From NCBI RefSeq assembly GCF_963921235.1, contig NC_086110.1, positions 15,004,001 to 15,068,000 of the forward strand: 64,000 nucleotides of DNA, given 5' to 3'. The notes beneath the pieces were generated by a model, which was given only the letters and a program-made list of their open reading frames with translations, made no database searches and was not told the origin of the DNA. The stretch's first letter is position 1; the number at the start of each line of letters is the position of its first letter. Shown here one piece after another: positions 62,190 through 64,000 of this stretch. This DNA is from Mobula hypostoma (Eukaryota). The translations under genes were made by a program, and so were the position numbers.

Positions 62190-64000
62190 GAGTTGTACAA
62201 CACAGAAATAGGCCTTTCATTACAACATGCCCAAATTGACACTAATCTCACCTGCCCACATTAGGCCCATATCATTCTATGCCTTGCCTGTCTAAATGTC
62301 TCAAATGTGCTGATTGTACCTAATTTCACCACTCCAATTATCAATCACTTCCTTCAGTGTAGCATGTGGAACCAGACACAGCACTCTGAGTGTGTTCTAA
62401 TCAGTGTTTTGCAAAGTTGCAACATAATGTCCAACTTTTAGATTCTATACCCTGACCTTTGAAGGCAAGCACATGACATGCCCCCTTCACCACCTTATCT
62501 TCCTATGTTGTCACTCTCAGGGAACTACGGACTTGACATTGCCTAGTGTCCCCTATCATTTACTGTGCATATTCAACCTGTTTGACTTCTCAAATATATC
62601 ACCACACACTTCTCAGGATTAAATTTCAGCTGTCAACACCACCCAACATTCCATCTGATCTATATTCTGCTGTAGCCTGAGACAATCTTCCTCACTATTC
62701 AAAACACTAACAACTTTTCTGTCATACATTTTGCTACATTTACATCCTGGTCTCCAACAAATATCCCGCAACGATAACTGCAGCACAGCAGAGTTCACAG
62801 ACTTCCAGCCAGAGAAAAACAACCTTTCACCTTCTGCCTCTCATCACCAAGCTAATTTTGGATCCAAATAGTTAGGTTACATTGGTTCCCATTAGCCTTA
62901 ACCATCTGAACCAGACTACCATGCAGTACTTTGTCAGATGTATTTAGGTAAAGTTCTACTGCCTTACTTGTCAGTCCTCATCATTTCTCTTCAAAAATGA
63001 CACTCAATTAAATTTGAGGGGCTAACTATCCCTGATCAGCTCCCTACCCTTAGAATTTTCTCCAATAATCCCCCTAGCATTGATGCAAAACTCACCGGCT
63101 CATTGCTGCTGCCTTTTCTAAGTAAAGAAACTACTTCAGCTATCGTCTCTCCTAAAGGAACAGTCTCAACTATCCTGTCCTAAAGGAACAGTCTCAATTA
63201 TCCTCTGTCCGAAAGGAACAGTGTCAACTATCCTCTGTCCTAAAGGAACGGTCTCAGTTATCGTCCCTCCTAAAGGAACAGTCTCAACTATTCCCTGTCC
63301 TAAAGGAATGGTTTCAGCTATTGTTTATCCGAAAGGAACAGTCTCAACTATCCTCTGTCCTAAAGGAACGGTCTCAGCTATTGTTTATCCGAAAGGAACA
63401 GTTTCAATTATCCTCTGTCCTAAAGGAACAGTCTCAACTATCCTCTGTCCTAACGGAACGGTCTCAACTATCCTCTGTCCTAAAGGAATGGTCTCAGCTA
63501 TTGCTTATCCGAAAGGAACAGTCTCAACTATTCTCTGTCCTAAAGGAACGGTCTCAGCTATCCTCTATCCTAAGGGAACGGTCTCAGTTATCGTCTATCC
63601 TAAAGGAACGGTCTCAACTATCCTCTGTCCTACAGGAACGGTTTCAGCTATCCTCTACCCAAAAGGAACAACTTCACCTGTCCTCCATCTTAAAGAAATA
63701 ACCTCAGCTATTCTCTATCCCAAAGAAACAACCTTAGCTAACCTCTGTTCTTGCAGCACGTGTGGCGAACAAAGATTTCTCCTCCTTTGTTTTCCATAGC
63801 AATCTGAGAAAGCTATCATCAGACACTAGGGATTTGTTAACTCTTGTGTCCCCTATCACTTGACACCTTCACATCTCTCTGCTTGCAGAATCCAGAAGTA
63901 TTCATTTATCACCTTGCCTACAGCTCCTGCCTCCACTTTAGGAACTCATTCTTTCCCTGGCTACCCTCTTGTGCCTGATATACTAATGGAACATCTTGGA
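62190..64000 (-). mobile_element. Degenerate CR1 fragment containing a minisatellite
   Basis: SGWKSVNSAVLQ...SEEDCLRLQQNIDQM peptide; CR1-like 3' end at ~62190. Confidence 0.65.
63121..63750 (+). repeat. 30-bp minisatellite, ~20 units (TAAAGGAACRGTCTCARCTATCCTCTGTCC)
   Basis: Direct reading; head-to-tail units without spacers. Confidence 0.95.

Noticed and set aside
63121-63799. CRISPR-like array or repeat-protein gene (ORFs 63221..63799, 63321..63701)
   Set aside because: Units are head-to-tail with no unique spacers, there are no cas genes, and the context is vertebrate. The ORFs arise because the 30-bp unit is stop-free.

Overview
Eukaryotic (vertebrate) genomic DNA; the repeat landscape suggests a cartilaginous fish such as a ray (inference). 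There are two convergent host genes. One is the 3' part of a B3GNT9-like beta-1,3-N-acetylglucosaminyltransferase CDS (+, <1..1002). The other is the last 11 coding exons of PHAF1/C16orf70 (-, 50170 down to 21146), all GT-AG and phase-consistent; I found no further 5' exons in the window. The rest is mostly transposons: a young full-length CR1 LINE with an intact 1010-codon ORF2, many CR1, Rex1/Babar and RTE fragments, a Dong/R4-type element, Tigger/Tc1 MITEs, two probable solo LTRs and a 30-bp minisatellite. The first standout is a Penelope-like (GIY-YIG) retroelement family whose terminal repeat carries a minimal type-I hammerhead ribozyme. It inserts as fold-back palindromes with a ~34-nt single-copy tail and 13-15-bp target-site duplications. 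Within PHAF1 introns its copies are antisense-biased, and the sense-strand ribozymes are mutated. The second standout is the CR1 ORF1/ORF2 junction, which has a canonical U_UUA_AAC -1 frameshift site and no usable ORF2 AUG. All coordinates and comparisons were made by eye; repeat boundaries are approximate unless a TSD is quoted.
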